From: a virus
Lineage: Duplodnaviria > Heunggongvirae > Uroviricota > Caudoviricetes
IMG/VR virus record: IMGVR_UViG_2711768009_000009
Direction: 5' to 3' (one strand)
Length of the DNA stretch: 43,679 nucleotides
Shown here: positions 26,910 to 35,092 of the stretch, piece by piece
How positions within the stretch are numbered: position 1 is the first letter of the stretch
How the letters are laid out: each line of letters starts with the position of its first letter
Notes under the pieces: generated by a model
What the model saw: only the letters and a program-made list of their open reading frames with translations
Database searches by the model: none
What the model was told of the DNA's origin: nothing
Translations under genes and position numbers: made by a program

Positions 26910-28482
26910 CCAGCATCCCCTTCATTTCCGCAGCAAACATGGCATCACTGAGCAGCGTCATCAGGCGGGAATCATCCATTTCACGGTAAAGGGCAGGCAG
27001 GTCTGCCAGTGCCTCCGCCAGCCCCCGCGTTCTGATGACATCAATGACCGGCTCCAGCACCGGATCGATGGCCTCCTGTAAGCGGCGGGCAGGCACCGCG
27101 TCCCCCATGTCGTCCAGTTCATCACGCGGCGTGTTTTTCGCTTCCGGCAGTCGGGCTGAAAGCGCCGTCTGTTCTGTCTTTTCCTGTTTTTCCGGTAGCG
27201 TTTCCCTGTCAGGCATGGCCGGTTCATTACTGCTCTGACGGACACGGAATATGGCTTCACCGGGCGTGGGCTGTGGAATACCGGTCTGATCCCGTACCCA
27301 GGGATCAGGAATATCCATCCCCGCACTGAGTTGCATCACCGCACTGGCTATTTTGGTGATATCCCCCGGTTCTTTGGTCTGGAAACAGATACGCGGCAGG
27401 CGACGGATATCAATGGCGTGGGCGGTGTTCAGGGCATACAGCGGATACACCAGATCGCGGTTCAGGGTTGCAGCCAGCTGGCGTAAATCAGAATCCCTGA
27501 TTTCCCGGCGCACCTCGTTATGCACCTCACCCAGCGAGCGCGCGCCTTTGTCTCCGGCTTCTGTGGTCAGCGTGCCGCCGAGTATTGCTTTGGAGATGGA
27601 ACGCTCACCCCACGAAATCATGGTTTCAAACGGATCGGCCTGACCGTTCGCTGCCGCCTGAAACTCCAGCGACATCCCGGCCGGGATGATCCCGCCTGTA
27701 CGTCGCCCGATATCCATCACCGCCCGCATCAGGGCACTTTTCTGCTCCGGTGTTGCCCCGGACGGGTATTTCCCGACCTTCATTGGCAGGCCGTACACCT
27801 CCAGAAATTCCGCCAGATCGCGCACGGAATAGTTTTTGAAAATGAACGGCCAGATAAGCGTTCTGACAAGCCCCGTCGCACCACCGTAGCCGGTGCGTGA
27901 ACGCGACTGATGCACTATCCAGCCAAAGGGCTGAAACGCCACCCCGGCATGGCTGCCGTCACGCAGCCGCAGTTCGCTCAAATCATCCGGGTTAAGGCAG
28001 AAATGCCCGCTGTCACGCCAGCGGATGGCGCGGATGATGTGCATTTTACCGAGCATCCCGTGCTCAATTTCCATGCAGGAATAGCCCTTCAGGATGGCAT
28101 CCGTGGCGTCAAACAGCATGGCATCAAACCAGTCTGCGGAATGCAGATATTCGTCGAGCATTTCCGCGTCCTTTTTCTCATTCGCGCTGGCGTTCGGTGG
28201 CGGCTCAATACTCCATGGCACCCCCTGAATGGCAAGACGTCGCTTGCCCAGCTCCGCAAAAAGGTGGGTGTCCTTTTCTTCAATATCAGCGGCCAGATCG
28301 GACTGGGCAATCAGATCGCCACGTTCAGCCCCGCGAAGGCACTGCGCCGCCCGGTTCGGGGTGATACCCGAAGCCGGATGTTCAATATAACGGCTGGCAA
28401 TCTGCGGAATATCCAGCGCGGCACTCTGCATCTCCGGGTCAAAGGAGAAAGGTTTTCCGTCAGTATCAATGATGCGTCCCAC
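26893..28482 (-). CDS. Portal protein, Mu gp29-like (529 aa)
   Basis: ORF track; size and position after terminase large subunit. Confidence 0.85.
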   Translation of the reverse strand: MGRIIDTDGKPFSFDPEMQSAALDIPQIASRYIEHPASGITPNRAAQCLRGAERGDLIAQSDLAADIEEKDTHLFAELGKRRLAIQGVPWSIEPPPNASANEKKDAEMLDEYLHSADWFDAMLFDATDAILKGYSCMEIEHGMLGKMHIIRAIRWRDSGHFCLNPDDLSELRLRDGSHAGVAFQPFGWIVHQSRSRTGYGGATGLVRTLIWPFIFKNYSVRDLAEFLEVYGLPMKVGKYPSGATPEQKSALMRAVMDIGRRTGGIIPAGMSLEFQAAANGQADPFETMISWGERSISKAILGGTLTTEAGDKGARSLGEVHNEVRREIRDSDLRQLAATLNRDLVYPLYALNTAHAIDIRRLPRICFQTKEPGDITKIASAVMQLSAGMDIPDPWVRDQTGIPQPTPGEAIFRVRQSSNEPAMPDRETLPEKQEKTEQTALSARLPEAKNTPRDELDDMGDAVPARRLQEAIDPVLEPVIDVIRTRGLAEALADLPALYREMDDSRLMTLLSDAMFAAEMKGMLDGSGD

Positions 28483-30149
28483 TACCAGCCCCCCCGATCA
28501 AATTCATGATATGCCTCATCGTCATCACGATAACCGCCCTCCATTGCCCGCGACCGCTCCTGTAGCGCCTGACAGGCTGATTCATCCAGGATGAAGCCCT
28601 CCATGTATGACGCCCGGTTTGCCATACAGAGCGCCACGGCAAAATCACCATGGCGGCGGGCGTTCGCAGCCGTTGCGTTCTGGTCCTTCGTGCGCCCCTT
28701 GTCGATTTGCGGGATACCATTCACTACCTTCACATGGCGCAAATCATCAAGCGTGGTCTGATGGCGGGCGACGAGGATATTCTGATCTTCAAACTCGGCT
28801 TTCAGTTTTGGCATCCACTCGCCGTACCACTTCGGCGACAACATCACGCAGTCGATGATGTCCGGGCCAAAGGCCAGCAGTGCGGCCTCTGCCAGATAGC
28901 CGCCGTTACCGGTGGCGTCGAACGCCGCACCGACCAGCGCCGGAACGCGGGTCAGGATGTACATCATCACCTGTTCCTGCTGGGCATACGGCAGGTTGCG
29001 CAGCTCCACGCGAAACACCTCGCGCTTTGCCAGGGATTCGGTGATTTCCAGCAGCACAAAGCAGGACAGGTCACCGGTGCGGGCAAAGTCTTCCCCGAAG
29101 CTGAAGCGGGAACGGGGATTTAATTTCTCTAAAAGCGGTTTTAAATGTTCTTCACACCAGGTTAAAACTTCCGATTCACGCAGCCATGCGGCACGGCTGA
29201 TGAAGTTGTCCGGGGCTTCAAACGTCAGAATCGGGATGTCGCGGATCATCGCCATTTCAATAAGCGCGTGGGGGATATAGGCACCGCCGGATTTTTTCGG
29301 GATACAGCCGTATTCCTCGTCGGCATCCTCACGGGTCGGGGCGTTTTTGTAGAGATCATCACGCCATTTCTGCTCGCTTTCCGGTGACCATTCCTGATCG
29401 GTGACGTAACAGATACGACGGTACAGCCCGTCCGCAATGGCATCATCCAGGGTTATGCGGTGGACGCTGTAATCCTTGCGCCCCTCGCGGGCTTCCTGAA
29501 TGTACTGATTAAACAGATTATCGACGCCGTTATGCGTGGAGATAATACGCACGCGCGCGCCCCACATAGTGAGCGCCATTGCCGCCTTGAGAAGCTCATC
29601 CAGTGACTCGTGGAACGCGGCTTCATCAATCACCACATCCCCCTGAAGGCCGCGCAGGTTTGACGGACGGGAAGACAATGCCTGAATTTTGAATCCACTG
29701 TTCGGAAAGCGGATCATGTAGGTCAAAATTTCTTCTTTTTTATCCCGATCCCAGAATGTCTGCTCATACACATCAGCATCTGCCAGCTGGTTAAAGGCAC
29801 GGGAGAACAGCGCGCAGGCAGAAATATATTCCAGCGCCATCTCCTGCTTTGATCCCACATAAAACACATTGCGGCCACCACGACGCTTCGGTTTTGCAGC
29901 AGTAATGACGTTACGCCCGGCTTCCGCCCAGGTAAGACCGGTGCGGCGGGATTTCTCCGCGATGCAGACCTGACTTTCATCTGCAAACCAGCGGGCCTGA
30001 TAATCCAGAAACACCGGCATATCACCGGGCAAATCAAGGCTGTCCGGCACATCCACGCCCAGCAGGGCTTTTTCACCTGACAGATCAATTTTGCGGGGAG
30101 GCGTCATTTGCATCAGTGAAGGCGACGTTTCTCTGGCTTTGTTCATCAT
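28482..30149 (-). CDS. Terminase large subunit, Mu gp28-like (555 aa)
   Basis: ORF track; ...GDVVIDEAAF... Walker-B-like motif; size and position. Confidence 0.85.
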   Translation of the reverse strand: MMNKARETSPSLMQMTPPRKIDLSGEKALLGVDVPDSLDLPGDMPVFLDYQARWFADESQVCIAEKSRRTGLTWAEAGRNVITAAKPKRRGGRNVFYVGSKQEMALEYISACALFSRAFNQLADADVYEQTFWDRDKKEEILTYMIRFPNSGFKIQALSSRPSNLRGLQGDVVIDEAAFHESLDELLKAAMALTMWGARVRIISTHNGVDNLFNQYIQEAREGRKDYSVHRITLDDAIADGLYRRICYVTDQEWSPESEQKWRDDLYKNAPTREDADEEYGCIPKKSGGAYIPHALIEMAMIRDIPILTFEAPDNFISRAAWLRESEVLTWCEEHLKPLLEKLNPRSRFSFGEDFARTGDLSCFVLLEITESLAKREVFRVELRNLPYAQQEQVMMYILTRVPALVGAAFDATGNGGYLAEAALLAFGPDIIDCVMLSPKWYGEWMPKLKAEFEDQNILVARHQTTLDDLRHVKVVNGIPQIDKGRTKDQNATAANARRHGDFAVALCMANRASYMEGFILDESACQALQERSRAMEGGYRDDDEAYHEFDRGGW

Positions 30150-30394
30150 GCTTTACCTGTCAGAATGCTTTTGATTCGGGACTCAAGCTCTTCAGTCATC
30201 ACGTCCACGCCGCTCAACTCATCAGTGGCAGCCTCTGCCAGCAGCGAATGCAGTTGTTCCAGGGATATTTCCCCGGCAATGCTGAGTTCAGTCAACTCAC
30301 GACATACCTTTATGGTTTCAGGAGGTAACTGTGTTGCAAGACTGAATGCTTTCTGATGGGCACTGCTCATCAGTGAGCGGTTATCTGTTGCCAT
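30146..30394 (-). CDS. Hypothetical 82-aa protein whose last ~28 residues duplicate the C-terminus of the upstream small-terminase-like protein
   Basis: ORF track; ...AATDELSGVDVMTEELESRIKSILTGKA vs ...AVTDELRGVDGMSEQIEFRIRQMLLGKA; DNA also ~85% identical over this stretch. Confidence 0.5.
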   Translation of the reverse strand: MATDNRSLMSSAHQKAFSLATQLPPETIKVCRELTELSIAGEISLEQLHSLLAEAATDELSGVDVMTEELESRIKSILTGKA

Positions 30395-30404
30395 GATTCA
30401 CCTC

Positions 30405-30986
30405 CTACGCCTTACCCAGCAGCATCTGCCTGATACGGAATTCGATCTGCTCGCTCATGCCATCCACGCCGCGCAACTCATCGGTGACCGCATTCGCCAT
30501 CTCTTCAGCAAATGCGGCCCGGATTTCTTTTTCACGCTTAATGCTGCGCTCGGCGGCACTTTCTGCACGCTGTGCCGACAGGAGGATGTCCTTAATAAGG
30601 CGCATATCCACATCGCTGTCGCTGTTCAGGGATTCGGTGGCGGCACGCAGACGGCGGTACATCAGGGCACGGGACATCTCCAGAATCAGTGCCGTGGTTT
30701 CACCGGTCGGCTTATCCCCCAGTTCGGCCATCATGGCTTTTGTCTGCTCGCGTAAATCACGCAGATTACGGGCAATCAGCTCATTACGGGAGGCTTCCCG
30801 GCTGATGGCCGCCGGTGAGAGCTGCTGCTCTTCCGGCAGACCTGCTTCACGGATCAGACGGTTGATTTCCTCGCGGATCTGGACCTGCGTCAGACGTTTT
30901 TCACGCAGCATTTCCAGCAGCGGCTTACGGATGCTGTCGGGGAGCAAATCCACCTTGCGTACACGGCCACGCGCTGGCTTATCCAT
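30405..30986 (-). CDS. Putative terminase small subunit, Mu gp27-like (193 aa)
   Basis: ORF track; basic N-terminal DNA-binding-like region; immediately upstream of the large terminase. Confidence 0.6.
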   Translation of the reverse strand: MDKPARGRVRKVDLLPDSIRKPLLEMLREKRLTQVQIREEINRLIREAGLPEEQQLSPAAISREASRNELIARNLRDLREQTKAMMAELGDKPTGETTALILEMSRALMYRRLRAATESLNSDSDVDMRLIKDILLSAQRAESAAERSIKREKEIRAAFAEEMANAVTDELRGVDGMSEQIEFRIRQMLLGKA

Positions 30987-30988
30987 CG

Positions 30989-31279
30989 TTACCCCCTTGC
31001 GCGTGGTTTCTTCACACCCGGAACGGTGGCGCGGCCTTCCGCCACATCCTGACCCCGGCCGGTCAGTTCAGCGATGAAATAACCGTTAACAAGCGTGCGC
31101 TTACGCACCAGTCCCTGCTCGGCAAGCCAGGCAATGTGGGTATGAACGGTGTCGCGGGACACGCGGTGACCGTAATCATCCAGGCAGTCCTGAAGCACGG
31201 ATTCGCCCAGTTCGCCGTTGTAATCCGCCAGCGACCGCAGAATGACAAGACGCTGATCTTCAGTAATGAAATCACTCAT
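30989..31279 (-). CDS. Mu gp26-like small protein (96 aa)
   Basis: ORF track; position only. Confidence 0.5.
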   Translation of the reverse strand: MSDFITEDQRLVILRSLADYNGELGESVLQDCLDDYGHRVSRDTVHTHIAWLAEQGLVRKRTLVNGYFIAELTGRGQDVAEGRATVPGVKKPRARG

Positions 31280-31583
31280 TGTGTTTTTTCCTTACAGCCT
31301 GCTCCAGCAGCAGTTCGTTCTGATGGGAGACGGATTTCAGGGTGGCATTGGTGGCCTTAAGCTCACCGCGCAGGGTGGTGATTTCGATATTGAGTCTGTT
31401 CACCTCCTGCTGCGTGGGCAGGCCGGAAATCCGGCTCTCCACCCGCTCAACCCGGTCGGAGAGTTTTTCAAAGGCCTCGCGGGGGACAAAGGTTTTGCGC
31501 ATCAGCGCCATGAAGATCCCCCCGGCTGTGGCCGTTGCCGACAGGATCGGCACGACATAATCTTTAACGATGCTGACCCACAT
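31272..31583 (-). CDS. Membrane protein with N-terminal TM helix and coiled coil, Mu gp25-like (candidate endolysin release factor), 103 aa
   Basis: ORF track; hydrophobic N-terminus VVPILSATATAGGIFMALM; position at the end of the lysis cassette. Confidence 0.5.
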   Translation of the reverse strand: MWVSIVKDYVVPILSATATAGGIFMALMRKTFVPREAFEKLSDRVERVESRISGLPTQQEVNRLNIEITTLRGELKATNATLKSVSHQNELLLEQAVRKKHNE

Positions 31584-31791
31584 GACCGGCCTCCATGATG
31601 TTCTGGCAGTTCACACAACGGATGGCATCCGGCACGGCAACCAGACGGGCAGCCGGAATGTCACCCCCGCAGTCCGCGCATACACGCCTGCCCGGTGTCT
31701 CCGCCACCCGGCGCTTACGTGTCAGCCGGTCACAAAGGGCGCGTTCTGTTGCACGCTCCATGACTGCCTGAGCACAATCTGAATCATCCAT
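31564..31791 (-). CDS. TraR/DksA-family C4 zinc-finger protein (75 aa from internal ATG MDDSDCAQ)
   Basis: ORF track 31564..31857; CxxC...CxxC pattern RVCADCGGDIP...IRCVNCQ typical of TraR/DksA. Confidence 0.65.
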   Translation of the reverse strand: MDDSDCAQAVMERATERALCDRLTRKRRVAETPGRRVCADCGGDIPAARLVAVPDAIRCVNCQNIMEAGHVGQHR

Positions 31792-31801
31792 ACCTTTTTC
31801 C

Positions 31802-32173
31802 TTACTTCGTCTTTCCTGCCGGAACAGCAGTCGTTCCGGCCATATCAGTAAATTCATGCTGTCGCTGTGTCTCCAGACGGCGGATGCTGGCCTTGTCCAC
31901 GTTGCAGTTTTTAATCACCGCCAGCAGTTGCAGGTTGTAAGTGACCGATGCACCAAACGTGAACGGCTGCGGCGCGGGAGGGACCAGGCAGTCAGCCAGC
32001 CATTCAGCGGGGATCGGCACCGGCTTCACCGGCACGTATTTCACAGACGGCCCGCCGCACCCGGTCAGCCACATCATCAGGCACAGGCACAGCGGCAGCA
32101 GGCACCGTTGCCAGTGACCGGCGGACAATGCTCTGCTGTTCCTCGCTGTGCTGCATGTTCTGCTGTTTTTCAT
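31802..32173 (-). CDS. o-spanin (Rz1-like outer-membrane lipoprotein), Pro-rich, starts inside the i-spanin gene in another frame; start uncertain
   Basis: ORF track 31802..32284; lipobox LTGC after hydrophobic stretch, followed by VKYVPVKPVPIPAEW...PPAPQPF. Confidence 0.6.
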   Translation of the reverse strand: MKNSRTCSTARNSRALSAGHWQRCLLPLCLCLMMWLTGCGGPSVKYVPVKPVPIPAEWLADCLVPPAPQPFTFGASVTYNLQLLAVIKNCNVDKASIRRLETQRQHEFTDMAGTTAVPAGKTK

Positions 32174-32354
32174 TCGTGGCCGCCTTGCTGATTTGTGAAA
32201 TGAGTTGCAGGGTGCGTTGCTGGTTTGCCAGCACCAGACGGGCTTCGTCCCGTTCACGCACAAGCACATGATTATTGTCCTCAAGGCGCTGCGTCTTCTG
32301 GTGCATTCCCCATACCACGGCAGCCAGCACGCTCATCACCCCCAGCGCCGCCAT
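32004..32354 (-). CDS. i-spanin (Rz-like), N-terminal TM helix plus coiled coil (116 aa from internal ATG with GGAGG RBS)
   Basis: ORF track 32004..32525; MAALGVMSVLAAVVWGM TM segment followed by charged helical region. Confidence 0.6.
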   Translation of the reverse strand: MAALGVMSVLAAVVWGMHQKTQRLEDNNHVLVRERDEARLVLANQQRTLQLISQISKAATNEKQQNMQHSEEQQSIVRRSLATVPAAAVPVPDDVADRVRRAVCEIRAGEAGADPR

Positions 32355-32466
32355 ACAGCCTCCGGCAATCAGGGCCGGTAAGGGATTGTTCACCGCAGAC
32401 ACAGCACACCCCGCAGCAGCACAACGGCACACAGCAGCGCAATCATGAGCGGTCGCCAGAAGCGGT

Positions 32467-32967
32467 TCAGACTTTCGGCAAATCGTAACGACATAACCAT
32501 TCATCCGCCGAACGGCGGGCCTCAAGACCGGGGAGTTTTACCCCCTTTGAATAAATCCAGCGGATATACTGCTTACAGGACGCGGGCATCTGCCCGGCAT
32601 TGATAAGGCGCAGGAGCGTGGAGTTGCGAAAGTTCGTTTCACCGGCCCAGAAAATCCAGGAGGCCAGCGCCACCGTCTGACCACGGGTAAGCGGCACCTG
32701 AACATGACGATCGATAGCCGCAAAGGCCCATTTCATGTCCTTTTCCAGCAGCTCCAGACACTCTTCATCAGTTTTTGTCATCCCCGGTTTCACATCCGGG
32801 CCGGTATGGCCGTAACAGATGGTGGGGGTGCCGGTGGGATCAATGTACGTGGTGTTTTCTTTCCCTTCCCAGTAGCCGGTGTAGTGCGTGGCAATGGTGA
32901 ACGTCCCGGCTCCGGCCAGAACAAGGGCAATCAGCTTTTTACGCAGGGGTGCGGGGAGTTTTGGCAT
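32467..32967 (-). CDS. SAR-type endolysin, GH24 (T4-lysozyme-like) with N-terminal signal-anchor (166 aa)
   Basis: ORF track; hydrophobic LIALVLAGAGTFTIA then catalytic motif YWEGKENTTYIDPTGTPTICYGHTG. Confidence 0.8.
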   Translation of the reverse strand: MPKLPAPLRKKLIALVLAGAGTFTIATHYTGYWEGKENTTYIDPTGTPTICYGHTGPDVKPGMTKTDEECLELLEKDMKWAFAAIDRHVQVPLTRGQTVALASWIFWAGETNFRNSTLLRLINAGQMPASCKQYIRWIYSKGVKLPGLEARRSADEWLCRYDLPKV

Positions 32968-33038
32968 TGTTACGCTGTCTCATGGTGTTCTCTGAGTCAG
33001 CGTAACCGTGAGGAAAAGGGGGCAGGATTTGCGGAATA

Positions 33039-33461
33039 TCAGAAAAGCCGTGGCTGCGTGCGTTCCTGATGCAGGCGACGCTGGTTGCGGATAACGGAGT
33101 AAATCTGCGTCTCTGACATCTGGTAGTGGCGGCGCAGGGTTTCAATTTTTTCGCCCTGGCTCCAGCGGGAAAAAATTTCATTATTGCGCAGTTCGGTGAA
33201 AAGGGATTCACCGACCGGGAGATAATAACCACGCCCGCCCATGTACCCGGCCTGTGCGGCTGCAACCTTACGGGCAAGCATTCCCGCCTGAGCAGGTTCA
33301 ATCCCCTGACGGTGCAGTTCAGCACTGATCACATCAACCAGGTCCCGCAGCGTGCCGGGCCAGTTCTTTTTCAGCTCATCATCAGGAATATCATCCAGAC
33401 GGTCAATCAGCGCGTGCAGCTGTTCGCTGTCACCAAACATGCTCATCTGTGTTTCAGCCAT
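33039..33461 (-). CDS. Mor/C-family transcriptional activator (140 aa); by position and size the late-gene activator C
   Basis: ORF track; C-terminal ...GGRGYYLPVGESLFTELRNNEIFSRWSQGEKIETLRRHYQMSETQIYSVIRNQRRL resembles the Mor/C HTH region. Confidence 0.75.
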   Translation of the reverse strand: MAETQMSMFGDSEQLHALIDRLDDIPDDELKKNWPGTLRDLVDVISAELHRQGIEPAQAGMLARKVAAAQAGYMGGRGYYLPVGESLFTELRNNEIFSRWSQGEKIETLRRHYQMSETQIYSVIRNQRRLHQERTQPRLF

Positions 33462-33503
33462 ACCCGCCTCCGGTCATCATTACACAGGGCAAGTTTAAAA
33501 TAA

Positions 33504-33527
33504 AAATCCCGCGCTGTGGCGGGATTT
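33504..33527 (-). terminator. Strong intrinsic terminator of the early operon (9-bp stem AAATCCCGC/GCGGGATTT, loop of 6, then U-tract on the minus strand)
   Basis: Minus-strand RNA reads hairpin followed by UUUUUAUUUUAAA; lies between the gemA-like stop and the Mor/C-family start. Confidence 0.6.
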
Positions 33528-33531
33528 GGGG

Positions 33532-34044
33532 TTAACGGGGGAATGATTTTTCATACAGCCTGCAAACACGCTCATAACTCATCACTGCACGTTCCGACAT
33601 ATCCAGGGCTGCCAGCATTTTGCGGCGGTGCCAGCGTTTGAGACGCTCCAGCACATCAGAGGCCAGCGCGGGTTGTTGCTCCAGCCACTGCCAGTTAGCC
33701 ACACCTTCGCCGTCGTTCTGCGCGGCCGTCTGCGATTTCACCCAGCGGTTAAGGGCCGTTTCCCCGCCATCAGAGATAAATCCCTGCCGGTGCATCACTT
33801 TCCAGATGGCGCGAATTTTGGCGGTCACCGTACCCGGTTTTAAGGCCCGGTTAACCGGCTTCTGACGCACTTTAAAACCGCGTTTTTTGAAAACATCCAG
33901 CACGCGGGATAACTCACCGGGTGACATATCACGGCAACTGGATTTGCCGGTGGCTGCCAGCAGCGCGGATGTATAGGTATCATGGTCAAGCTGTAGATCG
34001 CGTTTTGCGACATGTATTAAGGTAATCAGGGAAGCGCGATTCAT
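33532..34044 (-). CDS. GemA-like early protein (Mu gp16 family), 170 aa
   Basis: ORF track; N-terminus MNRASLITLIHVAKRDLQLDHDTY...GKSSCRDMSPGELSRVLDVFKKRGF fits the recalled GemA/DUF1018 pattern; last gene before the early terminator. Confidence 0.6.
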   Translation of the reverse strand: MNRASLITLIHVAKRDLQLDHDTYTSALLAATGKSSCRDMSPGELSRVLDVFKKRGFKVRQKPVNRALKPGTVTAKIRAIWKVMHRQGFISDGGETALNRWVKSQTAAQNDGEGVANWQWLEQQPALASDVLERLKRWHRRKMLAALDMSERAVMSYERVCRLYEKSFPR

Positions 34045-34066
34045 TATCGTGGCTCCATAAAAAATG

Positions 34067-34086
34067 GGCGGTGTTACCGCACCGCC
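34067..34086 (-). terminator. Intrinsic terminator-like hairpin (stem GGCGGTG/CACCGCC, loop 6) with U-tract on the minus strand, upstream of the gemA-like gene
   Basis: Minus-strand RNA reads GGCGGUG-CGGUAA-CACCGCC followed by CAUUUUUUAUGG. Confidence 0.5.
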
Positions 34087-34114
34087 ATGTCAATTAACAT
34101 AAAAGGAAAAATCT

Positions 34115-34354
34115 ATGTCAGATATAAAAAATGCACTTGATGTTGCCGCATTCACAATGGCTGGAAATCTTATGGTAACCCTGTTCGATAAGGGGCTGAT
34201 TTCCCGTGAGGAGGCAATACATATTATCAATCTCGCTCAAAAAAACTCTACCCCGGAAAATGCAGAAGATATCCAGGATGGCTCATATATTAATACCGAC
34301 TGGCATTTCGACAATCTCCGGGCCTGTATGGGGATTACCGCTGAAAAAGATTAA
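34115..34354 (+). CDS. Hypothetical protein (79 aa) on the opposite strand within the early operon; AT-rich moron
   Basis: ORF track; ATG with AAGGA RBS; ~41% GC versus ~55% in flanking prophage DNA; 3' end overlaps the convergent 95-aa gene by 20 nt. Confidence 0.45.
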   Translation: MSDIKNALDVAAFTMAGNLMVTLFDKGLISREEAIHIINLAQKNSTPENAEDIQDGSYINTDWHFDNLRACMGITAEKD

Positions 34355-34622
34355 AAATTTTTGCATAATGTTCAGATGTAAGAATTGCTGAACCATCAAC
34401 ACCGAGCCTACGGCGAACGTATTCCTCGCGGGCTATTTTATTATCCAGAGATACAGCATCCTTAATCAGGTTAATCTCCCGCTCCATTATCAAAAGGGCT
34501 TCTCTGGCTGCAAGATTTTCTTTTATCGCATATTCGATAATGTCCCGCATACGTTCAAGCATGCCGATTTTAGCCAGTTCTTCGTCGATAGATTTAGGCG
34601 CAAATTTGATTTCTTTTTCCAT
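34335..34622 (-). CDS. Hypothetical protein (95 aa from ATG MEKEIKF...), AT-rich island
   Basis: ORF track 34335..34637; GAGGA RBS; start codon 1 nt after the stop of the zinc-ribbon ORF. Confidence 0.5.
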   Translation of the reverse strand: MEKEIKFAPKSIDEELAKIGMLERMRDIIEYAIKENLAAREALLIMEREINLIKDAVSLDNKIAREEYVRRRLGVDGSAILTSEHYAKIFNLFQR

Positions 34623-34623
34623 A

Positions 34624-34767
34624 TTATTCATCCTCACAATTTATACATGCAGTGTCGTCGCCCATATCGCAGTGGTTACATTTTATCTCACCACAATGTG
34701 GGCACTCTTTCAGATACTCCGGGTCCTCATTTCCACAGGTGGGACATTCAACAATTTGCTCATCCAT
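34624..34767 (-). CDS. Small zinc-ribbon protein, 47 aa with four CxxC pairs (MDEQIVECPTCGNEDPEYLKECPHCGEIKCNHCDMGDDTACINCEDE); below the ORF-track length cutoff
   Basis: Hand translation of the minus strand; ATG overlaps the stop of the upstream 110-aa gene (ATGGATGA) and its stop sits 1 nt before the next ATG. Confidence 0.55.
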   Translation of the reverse strand: MDEQIVECPTCGNEDPEYLKECPHCGEIKCNHCDMGDDTACINCEDE

Positions 34768-35092
34768 TATGTATCCCCTGTAATTCCGGCAAGGCCGAAA
34801 GATGGCACCAGTGCGTCACCTGTCCGTCCTCATCTTCAAGGCAGGCTCCGGTTTCTTCATCAATAAAAAAGCCTTCATACCCCATATGGCCGATGCGCAG
34901 TTCCTGTTGGTCACCATACTGAACAATCAGCACGACAGCCTCCATATCAGGCGGAAATGCGTCATCCAGTGAATGCCAGGGATAACCGCGCAAATCCCCG
35001 AAATAAACGCCGGTCAGCGTTCCGCCACAGAGCGGCATTCCGGCGGCACACACAAGAGGTTCATCTGATTCAACAAATAAGGTCGTTATCAT
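34760..35092 (-). CDS. Hypothetical acidic early protein (110 aa)
   Basis: ORF track; translationally coupled to neighbours. Confidence 0.5.
   Translation of the reverse strand: MITTLFVESDEPLVCAAGMPLCGGTLTGVYFGDLRGYPWHSLDDAFPPDMEAVVLIVQYGDQQELRIGHMGYEGFFIDEETGACLEDEDGQVTHWCHLSALPELQGIHNG

Noticed and set aside
34115-34354. Dismissing the plus-strand 79-aa ORF as an antisense artefact
   Set aside because: Not dismissed: a 240-bp open frame in AT-rich DNA with an ATG and AAGGA RBS is unlikely by chance, so it is kept as a low-confidence gene
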